In this document: positions 12,000 to 21,161 of the stretch, piece after piece
How positions within the stretch are numbered: the stretch's first letter is position 1
Layout of the letters: each line of letters starts with the position of its first letter
Assembly: GCA_046758065.1 (NCBI GenBank)
Contig: JBHHZM010000003.1
Location: 1 to 50,716, forward strand
Origin: Alphaproteobacteria bacterium
GTDB lineage: Bacteria > Pseudomonadota > Alphaproteobacteria > JAAXGF01
Length of the DNA: 50,716 nucleotides
Direction: 5' to 3'
Notes under the pieces: generated by a model
Told to the model about the DNA's origin: nothing
Databases searched by the model: none
Seen by the model: only the letters and a program-made list of their open reading frames with translations
Program-made: the position numbers and the translations under genes

Positions 12000-12015
12000 G
12001 TTAAGGTTCGGTAAA
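12000..12015 (-). promoter_or_regulatory. Putative CtrA-binding site upstream of SPOR lipoprotein gene
   Basis: Minus strand TTTA-CCGAACC-TTAAC, one mismatch to TTAA-N7-TTAAC; GANTC at 11983-11987. Confidence 0.6.
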
Positions 12016-12070
12016 GGCAGCGGAATAAGACGCCGCGGGAAGCGACGGAATCGGCGGGGAACGCCGGCGG

Positions 12071-12099
12071 TTGACCGCGTCGCCGGGGTTGGGTATGAC
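12071..12099 (+). promoter_or_regulatory. Putative sigma70 promoter of tRNA-Glu
   Basis: TTGACC-N17-TATGAC just upstream of the tRNA. Confidence 0.6.
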
Positions 12100-12115
12100 T
12101 CTCGCCCGGCCCGGC

Positions 12116-12191
12116 GTCCCCATCGTCTAGCGGCCCAGGACATCGCCCTCTCACGGCGAAAACGGGGGTTCGATTCCCCCTGGGGACGCCA
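12116..12191 (+). tRNA. tRNA-Glu (anticodon CTC)
   Basis: Acceptor stem GTCCCCA/TGGGGAC, anticodon arm TCGCC-CT CTC AC-GGCGA, T-loop GGTTCGATTCC, encoded CCA; 76 nt. Confidence 0.97.
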
Positions 12192-12195
12192 ATAA

Positions 12196-12208
12196 AATCA
12201 AAGAGTTA
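12196..12208 (+). promoter_or_regulatory. IHF-consensus site immediately 3' of tRNA
   Basis: AATCAA-AGAG-TTA matches WATCAANNNNTTR exactly. Confidence 0.5.
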
Positions 12209-12438
12209 GGCTACACCTGGGCAGACCGAAACCGGATTTAGGTAATATTTCTCAACTATTTTTGGCGACTCGGTGCGCTCGCCGGCGGCCAGGAGCGCGA
12301 CCGTGTCGTGATGCGCGCGCCGGCCGTCGGACACCCGCACGTGCCGTCGCGAGCCCCATCCTAGCCGTCTCGCGCCTCCGGGGGTAGCCGCTCCGCACCG
12401 TCGTATTATACTGCCTGAGCGGACTGCGGAGTGAGGCG

Positions 12439-12798
12439 ATGAGCGAAAGCGAGCGCGACGACACCGACATCGGGGACATCAAGGCGCGCCTGATGGCGCG
12501 CCGCGCCGAGCTCGTGGACGGCAGCAAAACCAGCGCCGAAAGCCGCCGGCCGGTCGAGCTCGACCCGTCGCGCCTCGGCCGGCTGTCGCGCATGGACGCG
12601 CTTCAGGAACAGGCCATGGCCGTCGAGGCCGAGCGCCGGCGGGGCCTCGAAATCAAACGGATCGACGCCGCGCTGACCCGCATCGACGAGGGCGAATACG
12701 GCTATTGCGTCACCTGCGGCGACGCGATTGCGGCGAAACGTCTCGCCCTCGACCCGGCCGCCGCCGTCTGCGTCGCCTGCGCACACGGCGGCTGCTGA
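12439..12798 (+). CDS. TraR/DksA C4-type zinc-finger protein
   Basis: GRLSRMDALQ coiled-coil tip, IDAALTRIDEGEYGYCVTCG...CVAC. Confidence 0.9.
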   Translation: MSESERDDTDIGDIKARLMARRAELVDGSKTSAESRRPVELDPSRLGRLSRMDALQEQAMAVEAERRRGLEIKRIDAALTRIDEGEYGYCVTCGDAIAAKRLALDPAAAVCVACAHGGC

Positions 12799-12869
12799 TC
12801 GAGCGCCGTTACGACGGGTGGACCGTTGCTTCGGTCCGGTTGCGCGCGCCGCGCAACGACGCCGGCCCC

Positions 12870-13445
12870 TCAGCTTCCGGCAAGGCGGTCGTGAGTCCAG
12901 ACATAGTCGTTGCCGGGGGCCAACTTGTGGCAGGCGATGCAGCCCTTGCTCATGCCCTTGGCGACGCGTCCGGCAAGCTTCATCCCTTTGGGATTTGTCT
13001 TGAGCGATCCGTCGGGCGCATATTTTACCCAGAACCAGTCTTGATTTTGGGGATCGTACCCCGCGGCGCGTTTGAACATCACGGTAATCGACTTGAGATA
13101 TTTGCCGGGATCGGCAAAAACATCCTCGTCGTCGATATTCTTGCCGCCGTAGTTCTTTTTCACCATGACGACGCCGCTGTGACCGTTAACCGCCACCTTC
13201 CCTTGGATGAATTCGAGTACGGCGCCGTGTGGCTTCTTGCCTTTGTAGGGGTAGGTCAAGATCGTACCGGGACCGACGAATTTTGCGGCTGCAAGCACGT
13301 TCCATAGCTGTGCGGCATACGCCGTGTCCGCGGGGCCGCCGAAAGGCGGCTGGGCGGCAACCTGCGTGCTGGTCGCGGCGTATCCGGCACACGCGGCGAG
13401 GGTTATCGTCACGGTCGCAAACAGTAGGCGTCGAAGCTGTTCCAT
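12870..13445 (-). CDS. Cytochrome P460-family c-type cytochrome (putative lipoprotein)
   Basis: Lipobox LAAC, VMVKKNY, ITVMFK, DWFWVKY, single C-terminal CxxCH (CIACH) followed by DYVW. Confidence 0.8.
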   Translation of the reverse strand: MEQLRRLLFATVTITLAACAGYAATSTQVAAQPPFGGPADTAYAAQLWNVLAAAKFVGPGTILTYPYKGKKPHGAVLEFIQGKVAVNGHSGVVMVKKNYGGKNIDDEDVFADPGKYLKSITVMFKRAAGYDPQNQDWFWVKYAPDGSLKTNPKGMKLAGRVAKGMSKGCIACHKLAPGNDYVWTHDRLAGS

Positions 13446-13698
13446 GGGTCTCCTCCCTCAATACACAAATGATTTGCCGTCCGGTGACCACGCGGAACCG
13501 CGTTCCGACTGCGCGGCGCGACCGGAAAACGGCAAGGGATACGGCGCTGACACTACAGGACGCCCGGAGGTTCATCATGGCGAAACGAATGATATCACAA
13601 GAAATTGAAATCGGTTGAGCGACAATTGCGCCTCGGCTCGATCCGCTGGATTCGCCGGGTTTTCGCCGCCGGCGCCAACGGGGTAGACTGTGCCTGGC

Positions 13699-14799
13699 AT
13701 GACGGAGAAAACCGCAGTCGAGGCGGGCGTCGAATCGCGGATCGTCGGGCGCATCCTCGAGGCGCTCGCGGATCCCGCCGTGCTGCTCGACAGCGCGCGC
13801 GCGGTGCTGGCGGCGAATTCGGCGGCGCACGATCTCCTGAAACCCGGGGCGCTCGGCCGCGATCTCGCACTCTCCCTGCGTCACCCCCGCGTACTCGAAG
13901 CCGCCGACCAAGCCCTGAAAAGCACGGCGGCGGTCGAGATCGAGGTGACGCTGCCCGACGCGGTGCCGTGCATCTACCGGGTCCGCGCGGCGCCGCTTGC
14001 CGGTGTGGCCAGCGAAGGCGCGGCGGTATTGCTCGTCCTCCACGACGTTACGCCGTCGCGCAACGCCGAGCGCATGCGCGCCGATTTCGTCGCCAACGTC
14101 AGCCACGAACTGCGCTCCCCGCTGACCTCGCTGCTCGGTTTCATCGAGACCCTGCGCGGGCCGGCCCGCGGCGACGACGCCGCGCGCGAACGCTTTCTCA
14201 AGGTGATGGAGGGGGAAGCCAAGCGTATGACGCGCCTGATTCAGGATCTTCTTTCCCTATCGCGGGTCGAGGCCGACGAACATGTTCCGCCGCGCGGCGA
14301 GGCCGACGTGGCCGACGTGCTGCGCGAGATCGCCGACAGCGTCGCCCTGCGGGCCGCGGAGCGCGGCATGACGATCGAACTCGACTGCGCCGAAGGGCTG
14401 CCGCCCGCCCACGGCGATCGCGACGAAATTACGCTCGTCTTCCGCAATCTGCTCGACAACGCGGTCAACTACGGCCGCGAGGACACGACGGTCGCCGTCA
14501 CGGCGCGCCCCGTCGCCCGCATCCCCGGCGGCGACGGGCCCGGAATCGCCGTCGCCATACACGATCGCGGCGAGGGCATCGCGTCCGAGCACATCCCGCG
14601 GCTGACCGAGCGCTTCTACCGCGTCGACAAGGGACGCTCTCGCGAGATGGGCGGAACCGGTCTGGGGCTCGCCATCGTCAAGCACATCGTCAGTCACCAT
14701 CGCGGCGTTCTCGCCATCGACAGCACGCCCGGGAAGGGTAGTGTGTTCACGGTCTTCCTGCCCGTCGCCGGCCGCGATGCGGCGGCGTCACCGCCGTGA
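13699..14799 (+). CDS. phoR: Phosphate regulon sensor histidine kinase
   Basis: PAS, DFVANVSHELRSPLT, HIPRLTERFYRVDKGRSR, GGTGLGLAIVKH; upstream of pst operon (alternative start 13690). Confidence 0.92.
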   Translation: MTEKTAVEAGVESRIVGRILEALADPAVLLDSARAVLAANSAAHDLLKPGALGRDLALSLRHPRVLEAADQALKSTAAVEIEVTLPDAVPCIYRVRAAPLAGVASEGAAVLLVLHDVTPSRNAERMRADFVANVSHELRSPLTSLLGFIETLRGPARGDDAARERFLKVMEGEAKRMTRLIQDLLSLSRVEADEHVPPRGEADVADVLREIADSVALRAAERGMTIELDCAEGLPPAHGDRDEITLVFRNLLDNAVNYGREDTTVAVTARPVARIPGGDGPGIAVAIHDRGEGIASEHIPRLTERFYRVDKGRSREMGGTGLGLAIVKHIVSHHRGVLAIDSTPGKGSVFTVFLPVAGRDAAASPP

Positions 14800-14803
14800 T
14801 CTG

Positions 14804-14832
14804 CTGTCATAAAACCGTCATCGGGCCGTCAT
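14804..14832 (+). promoter_or_regulatory. Pho box (PhoB-binding site)
   Basis: CTGTCAT-AAAA-CCGTCAT-CGGG-CCGTCAT: three 7-mers at 11-bp period upstream of pstS. Confidence 0.9.
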
Positions 14833-14913
14833 AAAAGGGAATCGTTCGGCGCCTAGGGTGAAAGCGGCGGCGGCTGCGCCGCCCGACCGGAGACCCCAAG
14901 GAGAACGGCTCCC

Positions 14914-15945
14914 ATGATCAGGAAAGCTCTCGTGCTCGCGGCGCTCGTCACGGTCGTCTTCGGCGGCGCGGCGCAAGCGCGCGACGAGATCCGCATCGTC
15001 GGCTCGTCGACCGTATTCCCCTTTTCGGCGGCGGTGGCCGAGCAGTTCGCGCGGACCACGGCGTTCAAGGCGCCGGTGGTCGAAAGCACCGGGACGGGCG
15101 GCGGCTTCAAGCTGTTCTGCGCCGGCGGCGGCGACGCCCATCCCGACATCGCCAACGCTTCGCGGCGCATCAAGCGCTCCGAGGTCGAACGCTGCCGCAA
15201 GAACGGCGTCACCGGGATCGTCGAGATCAAGATCGGCTACGACGGCATCGTGATGGCCAATGCGGGTCGGGCGCCGGACATGGCGCTGAGCCTGCGCGAC
15301 CTCTACCTCGCGCTCGCCAAGTCGGTGCCCGCTGGCGACGGCCGTCTGGTCCCCAACCCCTATCGCACCTGGAAGGACGTGAACCCGCGGCTTCCCGACA
15401 CCCGGATCGAGGTGCTCGGCCCGCCGCCGACCTCGGGCACGCGCGACGCCTTCGCCGAACTCGTCATGGAAGGGGGCTGCAAGACGTTCGACTGGATCGC
15501 GGCGCTCAAGAACACGGACGAGTCGCGCTACAAGACGGTCTGTCACACCGTCCGCGAGGACGGCGGCTACATCGAGGCCGGCGAAAACGACAACCTGATC
15601 GTTCGGAAACTCGAGGCGAATCCGAAGGCCATCGGAATTTTCGGTTTCAGCTTCCTCGACCAGAATACCGACAAGATCAAGGGCGGTGTGATCGACGGGG
15701 TCGAGCCGACCTTCGAAAACATCGCCGACGGGAAGTATCCGGTGTCGCGGCCGCGTTTCTTCTATGTCAAGCAGTCGCGGGTCGGGAAGATCCCGGGGAT
15801 TCGCGAATACCTCGCCGAGTTCACGAGCGAGCGGGCCTGGGGGCTCGACGGCTATCTCGCCGACAAGGGCCTGATCCCGCTGTTGGACGAGGAGCGCGCA
15901 ACCTGGGCCGGGAAGGCGGTGGAACTTGTCAAGCTCGTCATGTAA
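14914..15945 (+). CDS. pstS: Phosphate ABC transporter substrate-binding protein
   Basis: Signal peptide, IVGSSTVFPF, ESTGTGGGFKLFC, GPPPTSGTRDAF. Confidence 0.95.
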   Translation: MIRKALVLAALVTVVFGGAAQARDEIRIVGSSTVFPFSAAVAEQFARTTAFKAPVVESTGTGGGFKLFCAGGGDAHPDIANASRRIKRSEVERCRKNGVTGIVEIKIGYDGIVMANAGRAPDMALSLRDLYLALAKSVPAGDGRLVPNPYRTWKDVNPRLPDTRIEVLGPPPTSGTRDAFAELVMEGGCKTFDWIAALKNTDESRYKTVCHTVREDGGYIEAGENDNLIVRKLEANPKAIGIFGFSFLDQNTDKIKGGVIDGVEPTFENIADGKYPVSRPRFFYVKQSRVGKIPGIREYLAEFTSERAWGLDGYLADKGLIPLLDEERATWAGKAVELVKLVM

Positions 15946-16921
15946 CGCCGCGGCGCTCGTCGCCGGCGTCGGCGCGGGCGGCAAGCGCCTCGCGTCGGCG
16001 CGCGGCGCGCGGGTCTGGCGCGACCGGGTCGTGCTCGGCGTTCTCTTCCTCTGTTCGGCGGTCGCCGTGCTCACGACCGTCGGCATTGTGGCGTCGCTGT
16101 TGTTCGAGTCGCTTCGGTTCTTTCGCCTAGTGCCGCTGGGCGATTTTCTTTTCGGTCTCGAATGGTCGCCGCAGACCGCGATTCGCAGCGATCAGGTCGG
16201 CAGTTCGGGCGCGTTCGGCGCCGTGCCGCTGTTCGCCGGAACCGCGCTGATCAGCGCCGTGGCGCTTTCGGTCGCCGCGCCCGTCGGCCTGTTCGCCGCC
16301 ATCTATCTCTCCGAATACGCCGCGCCCCGGCTGCGCGACACGATCAAGCCAACCCTCGAAGTCCTGTCGGGCATTCCCACCGTCGTCTACGGCTTCGTCG
16401 CCGCCCTGCTCGTGGCGCCGCTGCTGCGCGGCGCCGGCGAGGCCGCGGGTTTCGTCGTCGCTTCCGAAAGCGCGCTGGCGGCCGGCGCCGTGATGGGCGT
16501 GATGATCCTGCCGATGGTCTCTTCGCTCGCCGACGACGCCATGCGCGCCGTCCCGCAAAGCCTGCGCGCCGGCGCCTACGCCCTCGGCGCGACCCAGGGC
16601 GAGGCGATTCGCCGTGTCGTGCTGCCGGCGGCGCTGCCCGGCATCGCCGGCGGGCTGCTGCTGGCGACGTCGCGCGCCATCGGCGAAACCATGATCGTGG
16701 TCATGGCCGCCGGGTTTTCGGCGAACCTCACCGCCAACCCCCTGGAGGCGGTGACCACCGTGACCGTGCAGATCGTCGCGCTGCTGACCGGCGATCAGGA
16801 ATTCGACAGCGCGAAGACGCTCTCGGCCTTCGCCCTCGGGCTCGTCCTGTTCCTCGTCACCCTGGTGTTCAACGTGATCGCGCTCGGGATCGTGCGGCGC
16901 TACGGCGAGACCTATGACTGA
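15926..16921 (+). CDS. pstC: Phosphate ABC transporter permease
   Basis: AIYLSEYA, GIPTVVYG, SRAIGETMIV; TTG start overlaps the pstS end (start uncertain). Confidence 0.9.
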   Translation: MSSSSCNAAALVAGVGAGGKRLASARGARVWRDRVVLGVLFLCSAVAVLTTVGIVASLLFESLRFFRLVPLGDFLFGLEWSPQTAIRSDQVGSSGAFGAVPLFAGTALISAVALSVAAPVGLFAAIYLSEYAAPRLRDTIKPTLEVLSGIPTVVYGFVAALLVAPLLRGAGEAAGFVVASESALAAGAVMGVMILPMVSSLADDAMRAVPQSLRAGAYALGATQGEAIRRVVLPAALPGIAGGLLLATSRAIGETMIVVMAAGFSANLTANPLEAVTTVTVQIVALLTGDQEFDSAKTLSAFALGLVLFLVTLVFNVIALGIVRRYGETYD

Positions 16922-18194
16922 GAGCGCGACAGTCGAACGGATCCGGGACGGCATCGGACGCCGCAAACGCGCCGAACGGCGCTTTCGCGCGTACGGGATC
17001 GCCGCCGTGACGCTGGCGCTGGTGTTTCTCGGCGCCATGCTCGTCACCATCGTCTCGCGGGGGCTGGACGCGTTCGAACGGACCGAGATCGCCCTCGACG
17101 TCACGCTCGATTCACAAACGATCGACCCCGACGGCGCGGGTGCGCCGGCCGACCTGATGCGCGCCGATTACCAAGGGCTGATCAAGCGGGCGCTCCGCGC
17201 GGCCTTTCCCGAAGCCAGGTCGCGGCGCGAGAAACGCGAGCTCTATGCGCTCGTCAGCGTCGGCGCCGCCTTCGACCTGCGCGACGCCGTCCGGACCGAC
17301 CCCGGCCTGGTCGGACGCACCCTGACCGTATGGCTGCCCGCTTCCGACGATATCGACATGGCGGTCAAGGGCGAAGCGTCCCGCGACACGCCGCCCGAGC
17401 AGAGGCGTTTGAGCGATCGTCAGCTCGCCTGGCTCGCGACTCTGGAGGCGGAGGGGCGCGTCGAGCGGCGTTTCAACACGCGCTTCTTCACCGCGGCCGA
17501 TTCGCGCGAACCGGAACTCGCCGGCATTCTAGGCGCGGCGACCGGCTCGCTGCTCATGCTCGCGGTCTGCCTGGGGCTGTCGTTCCCGCTGGGCGTCCTG
17601 ACGGCGGTCTACCTTCAGGAGTTCGCGCCACGCAACCGCCTGACCGATCTGATCGAAGTCAACGTCAACAACCTCGCCGCCGTGCCGTCGATCGTTTTCG
17701 GGCTGCTCGGACTCGCCGTCTTTCTCGGCGAATTCGGCCTGCCGCGCTCGGCGCCGCTGGTCGGCGGCATGGTGCTCGCGCTGATGACGCTGCCGACCAT
17801 CATCATCGCCGGGCGCGCCGCGCTCGAAGCGGTGCCGGGGAGCATCCGCGAGGCGGCGCTTGCGCTCGGGGCGAGCCCGGTGCAGGCGGTGTTCCATCAC
17901 GTGCTGCCGAGCGCCATGCCGGGAATGCTGACCGGGACGATCATCGGCATGGCGCAGGCGCTCGGCGAGACGGCGCCACTTCTCATGATCGGCATGGTCG
18001 CGTTCATCACCGACGTGCCGGGCGGGTTTCTCGAACCGGCCACCGCCCTTCCGGTCCAGATTTACCTGTGGGCCGACAGCCCCGAGCGCGCGTTCGGCGA
18101 AAAGACGGCGGCGGCGATCATGGTGCTGCTTGCGTTCCTGATCGCGATGAACCTGGTCGCGATCGTCCTGCGCAGGCGATTCGAACGGTGTTGA
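16914..18194 (+). CDS. pstA: Phosphate ABC transporter permease with extended periplasmic domain
   Basis: [35 protein letters not shown]. Confidence 0.93.
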   Translation: MTESATVERIRDGIGRRKRAERRFRAYGIAAVTLALVFLGAMLVTIVSRGLDAFERTEIALDVTLDSQTIDPDGAGAPADLMRADYQGLIKRALRAAFPEARSRREKRELYALVSVGAAFDLRDAVRTDPGLVGRTLTVWLPASDDIDMAVKGEASRDTPPEQRRLSDRQLAWLATLEAEGRVERRFNTRFFTAADSREPELAGILGAATGSLLMLAVCLGLSFPLGVLTAVYLQEFAPRNRLTDLIEVNVNNLAAVPSIVFGLLGLAVFLGEFGLPRSAPLVGGMVLALMTLPTIIIAGRAALEAVPGSIREAALALGASPVQAVFHHVLPSAMPGMLTGTIIGMAQALGETAPLLMIGMVAFITDVPGGFLEPATALPVQIYLWADSPERAFGEKTAAAIMVLLAFLIAMNLVAIVLRRRFERC

Positions 18195-18208
18195 CGGGGA
18201 GGGGTCGC

Positions 18209-19054
18209 ATGGCATTGGCCTACGCGGGAATCGTCGATCAGACGGCAACGGCGGCGCTGGCGCAACGGGATGCGGAAGACCGGCAGGCGACGGCCGAAAC
18301 GCCGAAGATGTCGGTGCGCAACCTCAACGTCTTCTACGGCGGGACGCAGGCACTGCACGACGTCGATTTCGACATCTTCGCCAACCGCGTGACCGCGATG
18401 ATCGGGCCTTCGGGCTGCGGCAAGTCGACCTTCCTGCGCTGCCTCAACCGTCTGAACGACATTATCGACGGTTGCCGCGTCGAAGGTGCGATCACGCTCG
18501 ACGGCGAGAACATCGCCGCCCGCGGGGTCGACGTGGTGATGTTGCGCGCGCGGGTGGGCATGGTGTTCCAGAAACCGAACCCCTTTCCCAAATCGATCTA
18601 TGACAACGTCGCCTACGGGCCGCGCATTCACGGTCTCGCCGGGGAGCGCGACGAGCTCGACGAAATCGTTCTCACCAGCCTCGACCGCGCGGGTTTGCTG
18701 GCCGAGGTCCGCGACCGGCTGGGCGCGCCCGCCACGGGTCTGTCGGGCGGGCAGCAACAGCGACTTTGCATCGCGCGCGCGATCGCGGTCGCGCCCGACG
18801 TCATCCTGATGGACGAGCCGTGTTCGTCCCTCGACCCGATCGCGACCGCGAAGATCGAGGAACTGATTGACGAACTCAAGGAAAACTACACCATCGTGGT
18901 GGTCACCCACTCGATGCAGCAGGCCGCGCGCATGTCGCAGAAGACCGCTTTCTTTCATCTCGGCGAACTCGTCGAACACGGCGACACCGAACAGATTTTC
19001 ACCGCGCCGCGTGACGAGCGCACCCGCGCCTACGTCACCGGACGCATCGGCTGA
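18209..19054 (+). CDS. pstB: Phosphate ABC transporter ATP-binding protein
   Basis: [42 protein letters not shown]; GGAGG RBS before ATG 18209. Confidence 0.96.
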   Translation: MALAYAGIVDQTATAALAQRDAEDRQATAETPKMSVRNLNVFYGGTQALHDVDFDIFANRVTAMIGPSGCGKSTFLRCLNRLNDIIDGCRVEGAITLDGENIAARGVDVVMLRARVGMVFQKPNPFPKSIYDNVAYGPRIHGLAGERDELDEIVLTSLDRAGLLAEVRDRLGAPATGLSGGQQQRLCIARAIAVAPDVILMDEPCSSLDPIATAKIEELIDELKENYTIVVVTHSMQQAARMSQKTAFFHLGELVEHGDTEQIFTAPRDERTRAYVTGRIG

Positions 19055-19064
19055 GGACAGGCGC

Positions 19065-19808
19065 ATGGAATCGGAGCACATCGTCAAGGCCTACGACGAG
19101 CAACTGGCGCAGCTCGACCGTCTCATCGCCGAGATGGGCGGTCTCGCCGAGACCCAGCTTGCCGACGCCATCGCGGCGCTCGTCCGCCGCGACGTCGAGC
19201 TCGCACAACGGGTGGCCGAGCACGACGCGCGGATCGACGCGCTCGAAGCCGAGGTCGACGGCCTCACCATGCGCATCCTCGCGCTTCGCCAGCCGATGGC
19301 CGAGGATCTGCGCACGGTGATCGCGGCGCTCAAGACGGCGAGCGATCTCGAACGCATCGGCGATTACGCGCGCAACATGGCCAACCGCACGGTCGCGCTC
19401 ACCCGGATGCAACCCATCGGCAGCGCGCCGCACACCGTCGCGCGCATGGGCACGCTGGTGCAGGGCATGATCAAGAACGTCCTCGACGCCTATATCGCCC
19501 GCGATGCGGCCCGCGCCGACGACGTGCGCCTGCGGGATCGCGAGGTCGACCAGCTTCACACCAGCTTGTTCCGCGAACTCCTCACCTACATGCTGGAGGA
19601 TCCGCGCAACATCACCACCTGTACCCATCTCCTGTTCATCGCCAAGAACGTCGAGCGGATCGGCGATCACGTCACCAATATCGCGGAGCATGTACACATG
19701 ATGGTGCTGGGCGAGACGCCCGAGCCGGGCCGGCCCAAGGGCGACCGGTCGAGCTTCACGGTCCTGGAGACCCCGCCGCGCCGCGAGCCCGGGGCGACGG
19801 ACGGATGA
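19065..19808 (+). CDS. phoU: Phosphate signaling complex protein
   Basis: HIVKAYDEQL, RQPMAEDLR, DLERIGDYA, KNVERIGDHVTNIAE. Confidence 0.95.
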   Translation: MESEHIVKAYDEQLAQLDRLIAEMGGLAETQLADAIAALVRRDVELAQRVAEHDARIDALEAEVDGLTMRILALRQPMAEDLRTVIAALKTASDLERIGDYARNMANRTVALTRMQPIGSAPHTVARMGTLVQGMIKNVLDAYIARDAARADDVRLRDREVDQLHTSLFRELLTYMLEDPRNITTCTHLLFIAKNVERIGDHVTNIAEHVHMMVLGETPEPGRPKGDRSSFTVLETPPRREPGATDG

Positions 19809-20488
19809 GCGCCCTCGTCCTCATCGTCGAGGACGAGCCCGCGCAGGCCGAGATGCTGCGCTATAATCTCGAGTGCGAGGGATACCGGACGATCACCGCC
19901 GCCGACGGCGAGGAAGCGCTTCTTCTGGTCGAGGAACGGGACCCCGATCTCGTCATCCTGGACTGGATGCTGCCGCTGGTTTCCGGGATCGAGGTATGCC
20001 GACGGATACGCGCGCGGAAGGGCGGCGGCGGGCTGCCGATCATCATGGTCACGGCGCGTGGCGAGGAGGCCGACCGGGTTCACGGCTTCGACACCGGCGC
20101 CGACGACTACATGGTCAAGCCGTTTTCGCCGGGCGAAATGGTGGCACGCGTGCGCGCCGTGCTGCGCCGCAGTGCGCCCGGCGCCGGAGAGGAGACGATC
20201 GCGTGCGGCGGTGTGGTCGTGAATACCGGCACGCACCGGGTCGCGCGCGACGGTCGGCCGCTTCGTCTCAGCCCCACCGAATACCGCCTGTTGTGCGCCC
20301 TGATCGAGCGGCCGGACCATGTGTTTTCGCGCGAGACCCTGCTCGACCGGGTGTGGGGGCGGGATGCCGATCTCGAGATGCGCACCGTCGACGTCCATAT
20401 CGGGCGACTGCGCAAGGCGCTCAACGCGGCGGGCGAGCGCGACCTCATCCGCACCGTGCGCGGCGCCGGCTACGCCATCGAGCGTTGA
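19805..20488 (+). CDS. phoB: Phosphate regulon response regulator
   Basis: VEDE, LDWMLP, GADDYMVKPFS, RTVDVHIGRLRK; ATGA overlap with phoU. Confidence 0.95.
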   Translation: MSALVLIVEDEPAQAEMLRYNLECEGYRTITAADGEEALLLVEERDPDLVILDWMLPLVSGIEVCRRIRARKGGGGLPIIMVTARGEEADRVHGFDTGADDYMVKPFSPGEMVARVRAVLRRSAPGAGEETIACGGVVVNTGTHRVARDGRPLRLSPTEYRLLCALIERPDHVFSRETLLDRVWGRDADLEMRTVDVHIGRLRKALNAAGERDLIRTVRGAGYAIER

Positions 20489-20496
20489 GCGTCCGC

Positions 20497-20526
20497 AAAG
20501 AGAAGGCCCCGCGCGGAGGCGAGGCC
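20497..20526 (-). terminator. Rho-independent terminator (minus strand)
   Basis: GGCCTCGC-loop-GCGGGGCC hairpin followed by TTCTCTTT. Confidence 0.6.
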
Positions 20527-20569
20527 GAAGTCGATGGTCGGAGGGGGAAGAAAGGGAGGATCGAGGCGG

Positions 20570-20902
20570 TCAACGGCCGCCGAACTGCGGATTGCCCGGC
20601 GCCTGCCACCACCACTGGCGCGACGTGTTGTCGCCTGCATCCAAGCGAAGAAACAAGGTGGTCGCGTCGGTCATGACGTTCTCGGCCGCCGCTTGTTGAT
20701 CGCCCGCATTGCTGGTGTCGCGCGTCGCGGGCGTGCCATAGGTGCGTTCGGCGCGGTACAGCGGGCCGTTGGCGTCGTACTCGGTAAAATCGCCCGCGAA
20801 GGCCGCCACGCTGAACAACAACACCGTGGCGAGCGCCGTTCCTCCGGCGACGCGGGCGATCGCGCCGGCACGGCGACGACTGTCGATTGCGTTGGTTTGC
20901 AT
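20570..20902 (-). CDS. Hypothetical exported protein
   Basis: AAGGAG RBS before ATG 20902; SRRR, hydrophobic stretch and AFA cleavage motif; no family recognised. Confidence 0.6.
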   Translation of the reverse strand: MQTNAIDSRRRAGAIARVAGGTALATVLLFSVAAFAGDFTEYDANGPLYRAERTYGTPATRDTSNAGDQQAAAENVMTDATTLFLRLDAGDNTSRQWWWQAPGNPQFGGR

Positions 20903-21161
20903 ATTCCGCTCCTTCGAAGCTTGTCTGGAAGGGGATATAGCGCGCGTGGTCGGGGCAGGAATGCACGCCTCCATCACAACTGTTCAAAGAGCCGTGTACG
21001 GGCGTGTATCGCCGGCGGGTTCGCATCGCCGCCCGCCGGATCGGGCCGAGGCCGTGCGCCATGCGTCGTTACGGGCCGGCGATCCACTCGGAAACCGGGC
21101 GGATTCGCGTTATAATCGGCGCGGCCGGACCGGCGGCCGGATGCTCAGGGGGATCCACGCC

